Shown: positions 12,767-26,778, counted from the stretch's first letter. The stretch is 64,000 nucleotides of DNA from Felis catus (GCF_018350175.1 NC_058368.1:142912001-142976000), one strand, 5' to 3'. Numbers and translations: made by a program. The notes: a model not told the origin generated them from the letters alone.

Positions 12767-12949
12767 GAGCTTCCATCGTTGGCGTGAACTGCCATTTTGA
12801 CCCCACAATTAGTTTACAAACAGTGAAGCTCATGAAAGAAGGCTTGGAGGCTGCCCGACTGAAAGCCCACCTGATGAGTCAGCCCTTGGCCTACCACACT
12901 CCTGACTGCAACAAGCAGGGATTTATTGATCTACCAGAATTCCCCTTTG
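12767..12949 (+). CDS. BHMT: BHMT coding exon 6 (183 nt), contains the GVNC Zn-ligand motif
   Basis: ttgcag|GAGCT...CCCTTTG|gtaaga; (G)[60 protein letters not shown]; Cys codon at 12790-12792. Confidence 0.97.
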
Positions 12950-13641
12950 GTAAGACAGACATTTTATAAATTATATCAATGTCTTGATGTTTGACAAATT
13001 CCAAATCTATAGCCATAGAGCTTTGTCACAGCAAAGAAATGGCAGCATATCTCATCTCTTGCCCTCAGTGTCTCTCCCTGCAGCCAAAAGCCCTTTGATA
13101 TTTGACCACAGTAGAAGGAAAAGATGGAACCGACAAGCAAAAAAGATCTCTGAACCTTTTAGCTGTAGGCTGGTAAAAAGGATGCCCTTCCGGGTGCGAT
13201 CAGCAAAGACTTTGGTTCTGGTTCCAGCTCTGTCGCCGAGTTATGTAACCTTAGCAAAACCGCTTAGTTCTAAACCTTAATTTTCTCATCAGAAGAATTA
13301 AAAGGATAGACCGGTTTATGTCCAAGTTACTTTTCCCCTGTTCTTGAGGGCAAGGAGAAGATACCATCACTAGGTTACTGTGTAACAACTTTGAATGAAG
13401 AGGCTGAGCAGATGCAGGAAGGGAATACTTGGCAGTCTAGGAAAAGGGGTCAAGCATGTGTGGGAAGTCGAGTGTGTCCACCTGAAAATCCAGCCAGAGA
13501 GATCACCAGGGCCAGAGTTTGGCCAGCTTCTACTCCATTCTAAGGTCCTTAGATACTATATTTTATAGGGACCCTCAGAGAAGTAAGGTATTATAACATA
13601 ATCCATCTAGAAGAACCATGGATAAAGAATGGCAAAGCATC

Positions 13642-14172
13642 TGTGTTATTGGCATAGAACAAATTATCGCAAAATTTAGTGCCTTTAAACAACAGTTATT
13701 ATATCTCAGAGTTTCTGTGGGTCATGAATTTGGGAGCAGCCTAGCTGGATAGTTTTTGCTCAGCATCCCTTATGAGGCTGCAGTCCAGATACTGGTCAGG
13801 TTTGTAGTCCTCTCAAGACCTGATGAGAGCTAGGGAATCTACTTCCAAGCTCCCTTTGTTGGCTGTTGGGAATAGGTGTTAGTGTCTTGCTGTTCTATTA
13901 AACAGAACTAGAGGCCTCAGTTCCTTAAATTATTGGCCTTTCCACTGTGATGCTTGAGTGTTCTCACAACATGCAGTTGTTCAAAGAGAACAAGAGAGAC
14001 TGAGGCAGAAACTGTAATGCCTTGTATAACCTAACCTCAGAAGTCACCAACCATGCCTTCTGACCTATTCTATTGGTCTCTCAGACCAACCTGATATGAG
14101 AGGGGACTACACAGGGTAAAAACATAAGAGGGCAGGAATCATTGGGAACCATCTTGAAGGTTGGCTATCACA
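13642..14172 (-). mobile_element. MaLR (MLT1-family) solo LTR in BHMT intron 6
   Basis: TG...CA termini; 5-bp flanks GCATC/GCATT; characteristic aggggactacacagggt...gggaaccatcttgaaggttggctatcaca end. Confidence 0.75.
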
Positions 14173-14335
14173 GCATTTAAAAATGGGCATGTAAACGCCA
14201 ATTAGCTAATAATTTTAAAAAATAAAGAAGCGAATGTTAACAACTTACTTAATTCAGTTCTTGAAAATTACATACTTATTATAGCTGTTTATTTTGAATA
14301 TTTTTTTAAAAAAAGAATTCACTCCATTACTACAG

Positions 14336-14564
14336 GACTGGAGCCCAGAGTTGCAACAAGATGGGACATTCAGAAATATGCCAGAGAGGCCTACAAGCTG
14401 GGGGTCAGATACATTGGCGGGTGCTGTGGATTTGAGCCCTACCACATCCGGGCGATTGCAGAAGAGCTGGCCCCAGAAAGGGGATTTTTGCCGCCAGCTT
14501 CAGAAAAGCATGGCAGCTGGGGAAGTGGTTTGGATATGCACACCAAACCATGGATTAGAGCCAG
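14336..14564 (+). CDS. BHMT: BHMT coding exon 7 (229 nt), contains the GGCC Zn-ligand motif
   Basis: ctacag|GACTG...GCCAG|gtaaga; (G)[75 protein letters not shown]; Cys-Cys at 14422-14427. Confidence 0.97.
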
Positions 14565-15677
14565 GTAAGAACCTTTAAACTGTATTTGCCAAACCAAACT
14601 CATTTGGATTATGAGTATGTCCAAGTGAGGTCACAACAAAGAGTATAGATAATTTGCTGCATGATGATAAATAATGTTATCCTCCTTCAATTCTTCATAG
14701 ACATGTTTATAAAATAGCCTATGTAGTGATCTCTGGCTTTAGAATATAAATAATATAAATTGCAATGAAGTGTGATTTCATGTTCTGGGCTAGAACCATG
14801 TGGTAGACACTGAACAACATTTAACCGATTGGTTGTTAAGATTTAAGTATAAGTTAGGACACCTGGGTGACTCAGTCCATTGGACATCTGACTCTTGGTT
14901 TTAGCTCATCTCATGGTTTGTGAGTTCAAGCCCTGTGCTGAGCCTTGCATTAAGCCCCACATAGGGCTCCATGCTAAAAGCATGGAGTCTGCTTGGGATC
15001 CTCCTCTGCCTCTCTCTCTGCCCTTCCCCTGCTCACTCATGCTCTCTCTCTCTCCCTCTCTCTCTCTCTCAAAATAAATAAATAAACGTAAAAAGTGTTT
15101 TAGTAAAAAGATTTAAGTATAAATTAAATGTAAAAAATATTAATTAAGTGCTTGTTCTGTGCCAACCCCAATCTTGGAGCTGGGAATACAGTGGAGAATA
15201 AAATAGGTCTTTGCCCTCAGAGCTTACACCCCAGTGGGGGAGATGAACAATAAACAAATATTTTACATTGGGCAATGTGCAAGGCACTGGGAAAATACAC
15301 ATGAAAAGCTGGCTAGAGAATCTCAGTCTACTGGGGAAAATGGGTAAGAAAGCCAATGTATTATACTGCAGTAACTGCTTTGGTAGAGGCACAGATTTAG
15401 AAAGTGACAAGAGAAAGGAATGGCCATTTCTGCCAAATAGAAAGATATTTTAGAGGAAGGGATTTTGGGGCGCTGTATTTTGAAGGGCTAAGTAGCCACG
15501 AGATAAAGAAGAGGGTGGGGGACGAGTACCAAGCAGAGGGGAAGTTCCACTCCATTCAACTGATATTGACTGTATACAACTATGTCAAGACACGGGTGTG
15601 GACACTGAAGTAGCAAGAACAAGGCACAAGCCTGTCCCCAAGGAGTTAACAGACTAGTAGGTAGAGAGACAAACAGG

Positions 15678-15725
15678 CAAGTTCAAGTTGGCTTAGCAAG
15701 TTCAAGCTGGCTTACCAAGTTCAAG
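15678..15725. repeat. 19-bp tandem repeat, 2.5 copies
   Basis: caagttcaagttggcttag caagttcaagctggcttac caagttcaag. Confidence 0.9.
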
Positions 15726-15897
15726 TATGAAGATATGCACAGGTGCTATGGGGTCTGAGCTAATGGCCCAGGAGGGCAAAAGGCAGAGGAGGGTGAAGAA
15801 TTTCTTTTTTATTTTTTAAATGTCTATTGATTTATTTTGAGAGCGAAGACAAACAGGGTAGGGAGGTAGTGAAGGAGGGCAGGGGTCGGGGGGTGGG

Positions 15898-15944
<47 letters not shown>

Positions 15945-16279
15945 GAGAGGATCCCAAGCAGGCTCCATGCCAGAGGGTGGAGCCCCACACGGGGCTTGAT
16001 CTCACAGTTGTGAGATCATGACCTGAGCAGAAATCAAGAATAGGACGCTTAACCAACTGAGCCACCCAGGCACCCCATTTGTATGCATATATTTAAAAAA
16101 ATAATTTCAAAGTAATTTTAGCCTATAGAGCCTTAAAAAAATTGTAGTTCAGATTAATAAATGTGTTTTAATGGACATACTCTCAAGAGTCCAAAGACTG
16201 CTCTGTGGAGGTATATTCTAGCTCAGTGACATAGATACAGATGCTCAGGAAGGAGTCTAATGTGTGTTTGTTCACCCAG

Positions 16280-16466
16280 GGCCAGGAAGGAATACTGGGA
16301 GAATCTTCGGATAGCCTCGGGCAGGCCATACAACCCTTCAATGTCAAAGCCTGATGCCTGGGGGGTGACCAAAGGAACAGCTGAGCTGATGCAGCAGAAA
16401 GAAGCCACCAGTGAGCAGCAGCTCAGAGAGCTCTTTGAAAAACAGAAATTCAAATCTGCACAGTAA
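16280..16466 (+). CDS. BHMT: BHMT final coding exon 8 (187 nt to TAA)
   Basis: cccag|GGCCAGG...GCACAGTAA; (R)[61 protein letters not shown]; the long C-terminal helix distinguishes BHMT from BHMT2. Confidence 0.97.
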
Positions 16467-16659
16467 CCTCAGTGGAAACCATCTTTAGTGACTTTTATGT
16501 TTGGGCCACAGTTCCCCCAAATCAGGAAAAGACGGTTTAACAGCAATGCTTATGTTAATGCTAGGCTACACATAAAACTGGTAGGAGCTGAACAACACAG
16601 AACTATAAATAGCACTTGATGATTTTAAAAGTATCGTTTAGAAATTTACTTGCAAGCAA

Positions 16660-16665
16660 AATAAA
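16660..16665 (+). terminator. Candidate proximal polyadenylation signal for BHMT (second AATAAA at 16923-16928)
   Basis: AATAAA about 195 nt after the stop codon; actual usage cannot be determined from sequence. Confidence 0.35.
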
Positions 16666-16829
16666 TAAGAAGTACATCTTAAACAGTTTCCCTTATACCA
16701 TGTATAAGGTATTAGGGAAATCACTGTGGCCAAGGAAAAGTTATTCAGATATTCATTCCTACTTCAAGAAGTTTGCATTCTAGTAAGGAGAATGAGACAG
16801 GAGCTGTCATGACAGATAAAGTGCTATAG

Positions 16830-17065
16830 GGAAGTGACTTTCAAGTCCTTTTGAACATGACCCTTAGTAAGAAACAAAAGTTTTCGAATAACCCAGTAAA
16901 GCACATACTATACAACCAATGAAATAAAATGTGAGATCCATTTTGGCATTTTCTATTCTATTCCTTTCCATCCTATCTCACTGATAAAACATGCTAGTTG
17001 CGACACTACAAATTGATTTTATGACCCATTAGTGGGTTTTGACCCACGGTTTGAAAAACAACTGT
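16830..17065. mobile_element. hAT-type MITE relic in or near the BHMT 3' UTR
   Basis: Ends gtgactttcaagtcctttt... and ...gacccattagtgggttttgacccacggtttgaaaaacaactg, typical of Charlie-family MER elements. Confidence 0.5.
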
Positions 17066-18399
17066 TATGGAACACTTGAGATATGGGGACTTTGCCAGTT
17101 CTTTAAGTTTGTTCTTAGCAAATCACTCATGTGGGACCTGATCAATAAGTATCAAAAGACCAGAATCCTGCTCTCAGAGTTCCAGAGTTGTTCTCTCTCT
17201 TTCCTGACCCATTTCTACTGCTAAAAAATGTATAGACCAATGGGGAGGGGAAAGGAGGCATCAGTATCTAGATTTTCTCCATCGTGCTCAAAAATGGATC
17301 CACCTAAATGCCTTTAGTCAGTAAGGCTGAGGAACAGTGAGCTTGTATTACATCGGTTAGTTTAAAAAAAGTATAATAGGGGCACCTGGGTGGTTCAGTC
17401 AGTTGAGCATCTGACTTCAGCTCAAGTCATGATCTCACGGTTCGTGGGTTCAAGCCCCTCAACCGGCTGTGTGCTGACAGCTCAGAGCCTGGAGCCTGCT
17501 TCAGATTCTGTGTCTCGCTCTCTCTCTGTCCCTCCCTTGCTGGTGCTCTCTCTCTCTCTCTCTCTCTCTCTCCCAAAAACAAATGAATATTAAAAAAATT
17601 TTTGTAAGTATAATGAAGAAAAAAATAGGGATTCTCCAAACTCTTATCCAAGTTGCCTAGATTGAGAACTATGATATTTTTACATGATAACATCTACTCT
17701 CCCATGAGACCTCACCCCTGAAGATGCAAGACATTAGCATAAACATGGCTATTCTCAATGTATGAAAAGTTCATGCTGCTTTCTACACATTCTTGGGTTA
17801 GGTGTTTTGAAATGTAATTTCTTCAGCTATTTAAAAAGAAGAGCAGTGAGACTACCTTGATTCTTATTTTCATTCTCTAATTTGCTTAAGTTTTACATGA
17901 AATTTCTATGCATCAGTTTATTCATCTGTTTTAAAAAATAACAACCTTCCTACTTCACAAGTATTTGAGTTTTAAAGGAGAAGGCAGCAGTATTTAAGGG
18001 GAAAGAAATTTCCAGAATTTTCTTGCTAAGATAATTAGTAATCCATCCTTATCTTCCAGTGCATAGAAATAAAGCCAAAGGAATATGGCTTTCAGAGGCT
18101 GCATGTGGTTGAGGTGAAATAAAAGGAGAATGAATGTCATTTAAAAAAAAAAAGTTGCTATCTACCATTTCTCACAAATCAGGTTCAGTATCTCATACTT
18201 CATTCATAGATGATAGAAACTTCTATTCAACTTACTGTTCTATTATGGTATAAGATAGATGACCCTTTAGTACTCTTTTCAGAACTTTATTGCCACACAA
18301 AACATTATAATTTCTAATCATTCTTATATCCTTTGATTTAAAAAATATTTTCCTCAAAAGGAACTATACTGGATGTGCTTGAATAAAAGTATATGCCAA

Positions 18400-18417
18400 C
18401 ACTGCCTCCTAGCGGCA
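18400..18417 (-). promoter_or_regulatory. Candidate CTCF site downstream of BHMT
   Basis: minus strand TGCCGCTAGGAGGCAGTG versus core consensus CCASYAGRKGGCRS. Confidence 0.5.
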
Positions 18418-21400
18418 TATTTCCTATACTGAAAAATTTTTTTGAAATTCAACCCTTGCACCAAGTGTATTAGTTTCATTTCCTACAATCTTGCTCATTA
18501 AAAGGAAGGCTTGTTTAATAATACCTAGGAGTTTCTTCAAGATAAATTTAAAGACATTTCTCACTGGTAAACGTATTTTTATGGAATCAGCCAGAGGGAC
18601 CCTAAAGATCAGGAGTCCAAACTCTCCCTTTTAAGGATAAGATACCTAAGGTAGGATGCCAAGTCAGAAAGGACTTTTTGCTAGTCCCAGACTGCTGAGA
18701 AAGACGGTTTTAGCGTGGATCGGTGGTGGGAGGAGGGTGGAACCAGGACATACAGCTCACAAAATTAGGCAGTCCATCCTCCAACCCAGAAATAAAGATC
18801 CTTGCATTACTCAGAGTCACTGTAAACTCACTGAATATATGGTTTGCAGTTTATGGCCCTACACTTCTTTACACTGCAGCAAAGTGACTTTAGGTAAGAA
18901 AGCCCTGAGAAAACGGACCCATAATGGAGACCGAAATGTACGGGAAAGAATCAAAAGCTTCCGTTTCCAACTTCTCCAGAGGGGGGCAGCAGGTCACCGG
19001 CAGGGAAGGCCTGAGGAGCCCCAGTTTGCTTTGAAGTGAAGTTATTGCATCAGAATAAACGAGCACGACATGGCAGAGGTATCTTGAGCCCTGTTTTTTG
19101 TTTTGGTCAGTTTTTTCCTAAGATGCATGGATCTTTGAATCCCATCCAGCACAACTCGCCCAGCAAAGAAAGCCTTAACATGTGTCCATTTCCCCCCAAG
19201 ATCGTTCTTTTTCCCGGCTCGCACATAGCTTGGCTGAAATCATTACAGACTGTTTTCCCAAACAGCCTCCCGTTAGTCAGGGAGTAGTATGCCTGACAGT
19301 TCTGATAAACAACAGAATTAGAGAAAGCCAAGGCCCAGCACTTCTGAACACCTTCAGGAACAACTTCATGTTAGTGTTTGAACAGAAAACCTGAAACGCG
19401 GCCACATATGAGGACTTCTCACAGGCGGTGGCAGGAAGGGCAGGGTCATTTGGTGAAAATTGGTGGGAGTGTGGTCAGGGAAAGGAATAGACAAAACGCT
19501 TCAGTTTTAGGGCAGCGGGAGGCATTCTGTGGGCCTTGGATAGAGGAGGAAATCAAGGGGATGGAAAGCGAGAGACAGATGTCATCATTTGTGCGGCTGT
19601 GAGCTATAGAAATAATGCCGGTTTGAGCACAGCAAAATCAAACCGGTTGATTTACAGGCCACTAAATCAGAGGCACAACAATTTTAACACGTGGTTTGAC
19701 ATATTTGTGAAAGTCCCTATGTAAATTTTTGCAAGGAGATTTCATGGGAAACATTTAGCTTATTTTTAACCAAAATTTATTTCCCCAAATGCCTATAATA
19801 TTTTTAGTAGTCATCACTTACATGCAATTTATAAATTATTCCTGTTTGTTCCTTCACACAGGTTCAGTGTGACCTCTATTTGGCCCCTTTTTGTGGTTAT
19901 TTGCTCCAATTTACTACACAGCCTTGAAAGGAAAAAGCTGAAAATCTCTGAAAATAGCTCAAACTTTTCCCCCAATTCATCCTGGCCATTCTTCCAATTA
20001 TTCTGACTTAATGAGATTTTACTGTTCTTTGGAAAGGTTAATGTCTCAACATGTGAATTTGCTTAGTGGAATTCAGCCATCTCCCCCAAAACACTAGTGC
20101 AATGTAGCAGAAAAAGCAATGAATAAATTTGGAATCAGGAGCTTGGGGTACAAGGCTTGCTTGGCCCCTGTCACACTGTACACCATTGGAGAAATCACCT
20201 CACTCCTCTGACCTTCAATTTTCTCATCAATAAGATGACAAATCTCTACCACCTCATGAAGAAAAACCACAATTTCATTTTTGTAACTTGATGGTATAGA
20301 TAAGCAACAGCCTCATCATTGTGAACAAATATTTACCGAGTGCCACTTGGTCGTGTGCTTCCAGCAGACTTAACTGTTAATTAATTATTCCCCTAGCTAC
20401 GCAGACAGCAGACTAAAACAAATAACACTGTTGAGAGGGCAGGGAAAATGTTATTAGCCTAGACTCGGTCTGGCACTGGGAAATGAAAAATGTCATTCCT
20501 TCCCACAGGTACTGCATCCTAGGGAGATTCGGGTCTGTGGTTTTTCATATTATGAACTGCTTCTGTTTTCAGGACTCAGAGTTCTTTGTAGGTTTCCATA
20601 AGCTAGGGAAGTTCTAGAAACTGTTAAGTCAATAATTCTTGTTTAGAGTTTTTCCTCTACCTAAAAAGGAAGAGAACTGCCTTCTCACATGTTATAATCA
20701 AGTGGTGAGTTTGGGAGCTAGAAGCCTCAGAACTTTTTCCTTCCATAAAGCCATTTTCAGAAGCTTGATGGCTCCTAGATTTAGATATCCAGATGGAACC
20801 ATTCCCAAGAACATGTATTTGACATCAGCCTGACAGTTAGACCCAGGCCAGTCCCTCACCTGGGCCCTGGGCCTTGAACCCTGGGTCCCTACCCATGGTT
20901 GTCCAGGAAGATGCCCCAAAACTGGACCTGGTGACCAGAGATGCCCTCCCCCTAAATTTTTAAGTCCGTCTGTAGTGGCTAAGACTGGTCAGGGCCAGCT
21001 GAGCCATCCAGGAGGGGGGTGCCCCAAGCCTGGACAGGTCAACATGGGACCTGGTCCTTGTTTCTTCCCTGTTGGGTGCCCAGTGATCCTCTGTACCCCT
21101 CTTCATACTTCCACCCCACTCCTGGAGCACCCAAGTCCCTCAAGAGGTCTGGGACTCTTTTTTGGCCCCAGTTCCAGCAGTGGCACCTGGGGACAGGATG
21201 CTCCCACTGGCAGATGCAGTGTTAATGTCCCAGAATCAAGTGAGATGGGCTGGCCAGTATAGTGCTAACACTGATTTTGTATGACTCATATCAGACACAG
21301 GACAAGTTCAGGGCTCTGGGCCATCAAAGATCTCTGCCAACCCTTGATTTAAGCAGCCTGCAGGGGCCCCATGTTGGCTCTCACTTGTTGGGGTTCCCAC

Positions 21401-22920
21401 CTCAGCACTAGTCACACTGCACAGAAGCCAAGAACATCAGAGGTGGCAATGGCTGTTCATCACCCTGTGCATCCTTCCGCAGACATTGCCACTTCCCCCA
21501 GCCCAACTCAGCTCTCCACAGGCTCTGCCACAAAGGTCAGACCTCCAAGAGGGGTGGCCATGCCTCATCCTCTGAGGGTTTTCCAGAAATTGTTTCGCAA
21601 TGTCAACAGGCTATTTCCATCAATGTCCTCTGGCATCTTTATGAATATGGGGCTGTCCTAGTCTCCCAACTTGGTATTAAGTCATGCCAGACAAGGGATG
21701 GACATGCCTTCAGTGAATGGAACCTTTCTTCCAGCTCTGGCTACTGGTGCATGTGTATTGAAGGCAGGAACCCAGTCAAGATGGGAAGCAATTACATTCT
21801 GGGAAGGAAGTTTACACCCTAACAACATGTTTGCAAGATGTACTCCTTTACATTTACGCCTTAAAATTCCCACCAGCAAATTTATCGTAAAATGAATTAT
21901 CGTTCACATGTTTCCCCATATTCTGGGGAAGACATGCACTTGTGGTCATCCGCAAAGCACAGGAGTCATCTCTGAGGGTCACGGAAGCCAGTATCCCTAG
22001 GCTGCACTGTGGGTGACGTGGCATCAAGAAGACTAATGAGATCGGCATTAACCAAATGGTATTAGGGAACTGCAGACACAAGATCTATATTGTTTCAATA
22101 CAAAGAGTTTCCAAAGAACCGTGGCATTGAGAGTAATAATACCAGGCTATCTCTTTCTCCTGATGGAAAATAGGAAAGGTAGCACATGTGACAATAATGA
22201 ACTACAAGAGACGGTCCCTGTTCCTCAACAGGAAGAGATGGTGGTACTCTTTGCATACACTAGTCGGACAAGGAGCAAATACAGACGTGCCTCTTTTCAA
22301 CCCACTATTCTAAATCACATGGCAGATCACCACACCTCACATAGGCTCATGAATTTTTTTTTTAAACTTTTAAGTTATTTTGAGAGAGAGAGAGAGCGCG
22401 CCCATGTGCAAGTGGGGGAGAGGCAGAGAGAGAGAGACAGAGAGGGAGAGTGGGACAGAAAGAATCCCAAGCAGGCTCCACGCCGTCCACGTGGGGCTCA
22501 ATTTCATAAACTGTGGGATGTATGACCTGAGCCAAAATCAAGGGTCAGACTCTTAACTGACTGAACCACCAAGGTGCCCCAAGCTCATGAATTTTTAAAT
22601 ACATTTTAAAATCAAATACATTGTTTAAATCAAATTACTTATATAGACAGGTGTTCCATAAAAAGATTTCCCAGAGCCCTCTACACCCTAGGGGGAGCCC
22701 AGCTTGATGGTGGGGACAAGGTCCTGCTCTTCCCTTGTTCACCTAAACTTGCCCCTGCCACAGTATCTTCCATCTTAAAACATGGTGGCTCCAATCTTCC
22801 AGTTGCCCAAGCCAAGATCTTGGAGCCATCCTTCACTTCTCTCTCTCTCTCACACTCATTTTCAATCCATCAACAAAATCTGTCAGATCTACTCAAAATA
22901 CTGTATATCCAAAATCTGAC

Positions 22921-23068
22921 CCCTTCCTTCCTTCCTTCCTTCCTTCCTTCCTTCCTTCCTTCCTTCCTTCCTTCCTCCTCCCTCCCCTCCTCTTCCCTCC
23001 CTCCCTCCCTCCCTTCCTTCCTCCCTTCCTCCCTTCCTCCCTTCCTTCCTTCCTTCCTTCCTTCCTTC
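22921..23068. repeat. (TTCC)n microsatellite
   Basis: Directly visible. Confidence 0.95.
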
Positions 23069-24365
23069 CATTACTCCCTGGACCAAGCAACCATCACACA
23101 AGTGTCTCCAGAAGTCACTCTGCTTCCTCAGATCTATTCTTCATGGAGTATCCTTGGTGATGCTTTTAAAAACTAAGCAGATGGGGCACCTGGGTGGCTC
23201 AGTTGGTTAAGCGTCTGACTTTGGCTCAGGTCATGATATCACAGTTTGTGGGTTTGAGCTCCGCATCCAGCTCTGTGCTGTCAGCCTGGAGCCTGCTTTG
23301 GATTCTGTGTTTCCCTTTCTCTCTTCCCCTCCCCTGCTCGCTCTCTCTCTCTCTCTCTCTCTCTCAAAAATAAACATTTAAAAAATAAAAAATAAACAAA
23401 AACTAAGCAGATCATGTCCCTCCTCAATTCAAAACCTTCCCGTTGCTTAGACACTGAGTTACTTGTGTTGCTCCCTGCCCTAGCTGCAAGGCCTATGTGA
23501 GGGCGTGGCACACCTAAGGGGTTCAACAAATATGTATTGAATGACTGTGTGGGAAAGTATATAAAAAGACACTGCTTCCATAGAGACACAAAGGACGACT
23601 GGAAAGCCAGGGACGGGTGAGAGTGAAGCATGGTGCCCCAAGGAAAAGTTTTTGTCAAAAAAAAGATCATGCAGCTCTTTTTACCTCCTCAAAGGTCCTG
23701 ACAGCAGTCTCCAGGTCTGAAGGATGGTATTGGGGGATTCATTATACCATTCTCTTTTCTTGAGTATTCTGGAATTTTTCATAATAAAAAAAAAATTAAG
23801 GGGGTGCCTGGGTGGCTCAGTCGATTAAGCATCCAACTCTGGATCTCAGCTCAGGTCTTGATCTCATGGTCATGAGTTCAAGCCCCACATTGAGCCCCAT
23901 GCTGGGCGAGAAGCCTACTTAAAAAAAAATAATAAAATGAAATGAAAAATAAAAATAAATAAAATAAATGACACAATTTAAAAATTAAGGAAGCAAAAAA
24001 TCTCGGTGCCAAGAACGCAATATATATGTATGAAGGAGCTCATATAAAACTTAATGGTAGGATCTGGGGTAAACTGGAGACCATAGACTCTACATAAAGA
24101 CGTTCAAATTCAAATTTTTTCCCAAACCTTAGTGTGGTCTAAACAAAATGAGCCTGAATTCAGCCAGTTTGTGACCCTTGTGTGGCCCAGGCTGAGTCAC
24201 ACATCCTAAACAATCTATTCAGTCACAATTCTGTATAATCTTACACAGAAATCCTCAGTCATCTGGAAAACAGTAATACCCTCAACAGTATTGAAGAATC
24301 AGGCTCTTTTCCAGGACCTCACTTCTACTTCAGCTCTGTCTTATGACAACTGTTCATTTCCCTAC

Positions 24366-24482
24366 TGTGAGATCATGGAAAATACACACTGGTCTCTGCC
24401 CCCAGCTTCTGGCGGTGCAGAACTCCTGAAACCTTTGGAATTTCCTAAATGATAAGAGCACTAGGAGCATTTTTTTTTTTTT

Positions 24483-24517
<35 letters not shown>

Positions 24518-25401
24518 AGGGGAGAGACAGAGAGAGAGGGAGAAAGTCCCAAGCAGGCTCTGCACTGACAGAGCCCCAATGTGGGGCTCGAACCCACAAA
24601 TTGTGAGATCATAACCTAAGCCGAAATCAAGTTGGCTGCTTAACCAACTGAGTCACCCAGGCACCCCTCTTTTGTTCTATTGATGTGGGCTTCTGGATGG
24701 GGGGCTGATCACCAGAAAGACAAAGTCTTGATTAGAATCTGGACATTTTCAACCCCATTACCCAGCCTCCACCCTAGAAAAAGGGGCTGGAAATGGAGTT
24801 CATGATTGATCTATGCCTACATGATGAAGCCTCCATAAAATCCCCATGGCACAGGGTTCAAAGAGCTTAGAGGTGGAAGAACACATCCACCAGGAGGGTG
24901 ACAGACCCCAACTCCACGGGAACAGAAACTCCTACTCTTGAGACCCTCCCAGACCTAGCCCTCTATTTTGCTTCATCTGACTGTTCATCTGTATCCTTTA
25001 TCATATCCTTTAGCAAAGTGGTAAACACGAGTGTTTCCCTGAGTTCTGTGAGCCACTCACGCAAATTAATTGAACTTGAGGAGGGGGTGATGGCTACCTC
25101 TGATTTATAACCCATGGGTCAGAAGCACAGGTGACAACTTGGATTTGCTATTGGCATCTGAAAGAAGTTGGGGGGGGGTGGGCAGTCTTGTAGGACTGAG
25201 CCCCTTACCCTGTGTGACCTGACACTACCTACCTGCGGAGTGCGTTACGTTATAGGACACCCAACTGGTGTCACAGAGAACTGCTTGGTGTGGGGGAGAG
25301 TGCCCCCCCCAATCTGTTGGCCAGAAATGAAGTGTCTTGTGTGAGTAGTGGAGACACAAAGAAAAGGGAGACTCACAGGTGGAAAACAGTTTTCCTATAC
25401 A
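24366..25401 (+). mobile_element. MER21-like solo LTR interrupted by a Can-SINE (about 24470-24667, minus)
   Basis: TGTGAGA...TACA termini; flanks CCTAC/CCAAC; MER21-type motifs gggctgatcaccagaaagac and atgcctacatgatgaagcctccataaaa. Confidence 0.75.
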
Positions 25402-26731
25402 CCAACCTTCTCCTAAACTGCCTGCAGGGAAGGGGTTAGCTACAGCTCCTTGAAACTCCCCCTGGCAACTTCCAACCATCACTTTTTTTTTTTTTTAATG
25501 TTCATTTTTGAGAGAGATGGAGTGGGCACAAGGGGGGCGGAGGGGCAGAGAGAAAGGGAGACAGAGGATCCTAAGCAGGCTCTGTGCTGACAGTAGAGAG
25601 TTGATGCGGGACTCAAACCCCTAAACCGTGAGATCATGACCTGCTCTGAATGCTTAACCGACCCCCAACCGTCACTTCGCCACCCAAAAAGCCTCTTCTT
25701 TGCGGCTTGTGTCATCCAAACACCCATCTTCCTCCCATCCCTATGCTTTTCAATCTTCCACCCCCAGTCAGCAAGAGCGTGAACCCCTCCTCACACGCTG
25801 TCTCTGCACCCACAGCCTCGGGTCAGTACCCCAGAAAGTGATAAGCACCCACAAACGTAACCCAGCCCGCAGCCTCACCTCCTCGTGCTTCAAGGAGACC
25901 GCCACTCTGAGCCACACCAGACACTCGTTATTACCATCAATCTGACATCCCACCCTCAGAACCGCCTCCCTTCTGAATCCAGGTCTCAGTCCCACATCTG
26001 GGAATCTCCAATACCGTGACCTTTCCTTCCCTTTTCAATCTGCCAGTGCCTACTTACCTTCATTTCTTTTTCTTACATACACTGCTGTTTTGCAACCTTC
26101 GTTAAATATTGGGATCACTCAGGACGAGTAAGTTGCCTTAATGACCTCAGAAGCACTGGGGAAGAGACTCAACTCGCAAAGCTTTGAAAGCTCCGCAGCT
26201 GATTCCAATGACAGCCAAGTGGAGAGAACCTCTTAATGCTCTACACCCTGGGCCTCACGGGCCATCACTTTAACGGCTCCCCCACCGTCCACCTTCACCT
26301 CCTCATTCTCTTCTTTACCACTGTGCTCCCTGAAAAGCCCAGCCTTGGAGCAACCCCACTGCACACTTTCTTTATTCCTACACGGAAGCTGCTGACTTCT
26401 GGAGGAAAAATCAGGAAGCTGTCAGCTTTCTCTGGAGAGCGAGTCTCACATAAGGCACTAACATGGTGGGATTTAAAGTTTCAAGAAAGATTCGTTCCTC
26501 TGGGACACATATTGACTTCTGTAGGCAATAATCTTACCAAATGCATGTCATGAATAGAATTAATTTATTTCATAGGGTGCCTGGGTGGCTTAAGCTTCTG
26601 TCTTTGGCTCAGGTCATGATCTCACGGCTGGTGGGTTCGAGACCCACGACAGCCTCTGTGATGACAGCTCAGAGCCTGGAGCCTGCTTTGGAGTCTGTGT
26701 CTCCATCTCTCTATGCTCCTCCCCTGCTCAT

Positions 26732-26778
<47 letters not shown>

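Larger units (their letters stand above)
14857..17600. mobile_element. Can-SINEs about 14857-15105 (+), 15800-16076 (-), 17379-17600 (+)
   Basis: SINE head, CT tract and A tail; TSD aagatttaagtataa for the first copy. Confidence 0.9.

Noticed and set aside
15678..15725. Short direct repeats as a CRISPR-like array
   Set aside because: No spacers and a eukaryotic context; a simple tandem duplication
841..16466. Possibility that the gene is BHMT2 or a BHMT pseudogene
   Set aside because: The full C-terminal extension and the [14 protein letters not shown] segment are present, all exons join in frame, and the splice sites and Zn ligands are intact
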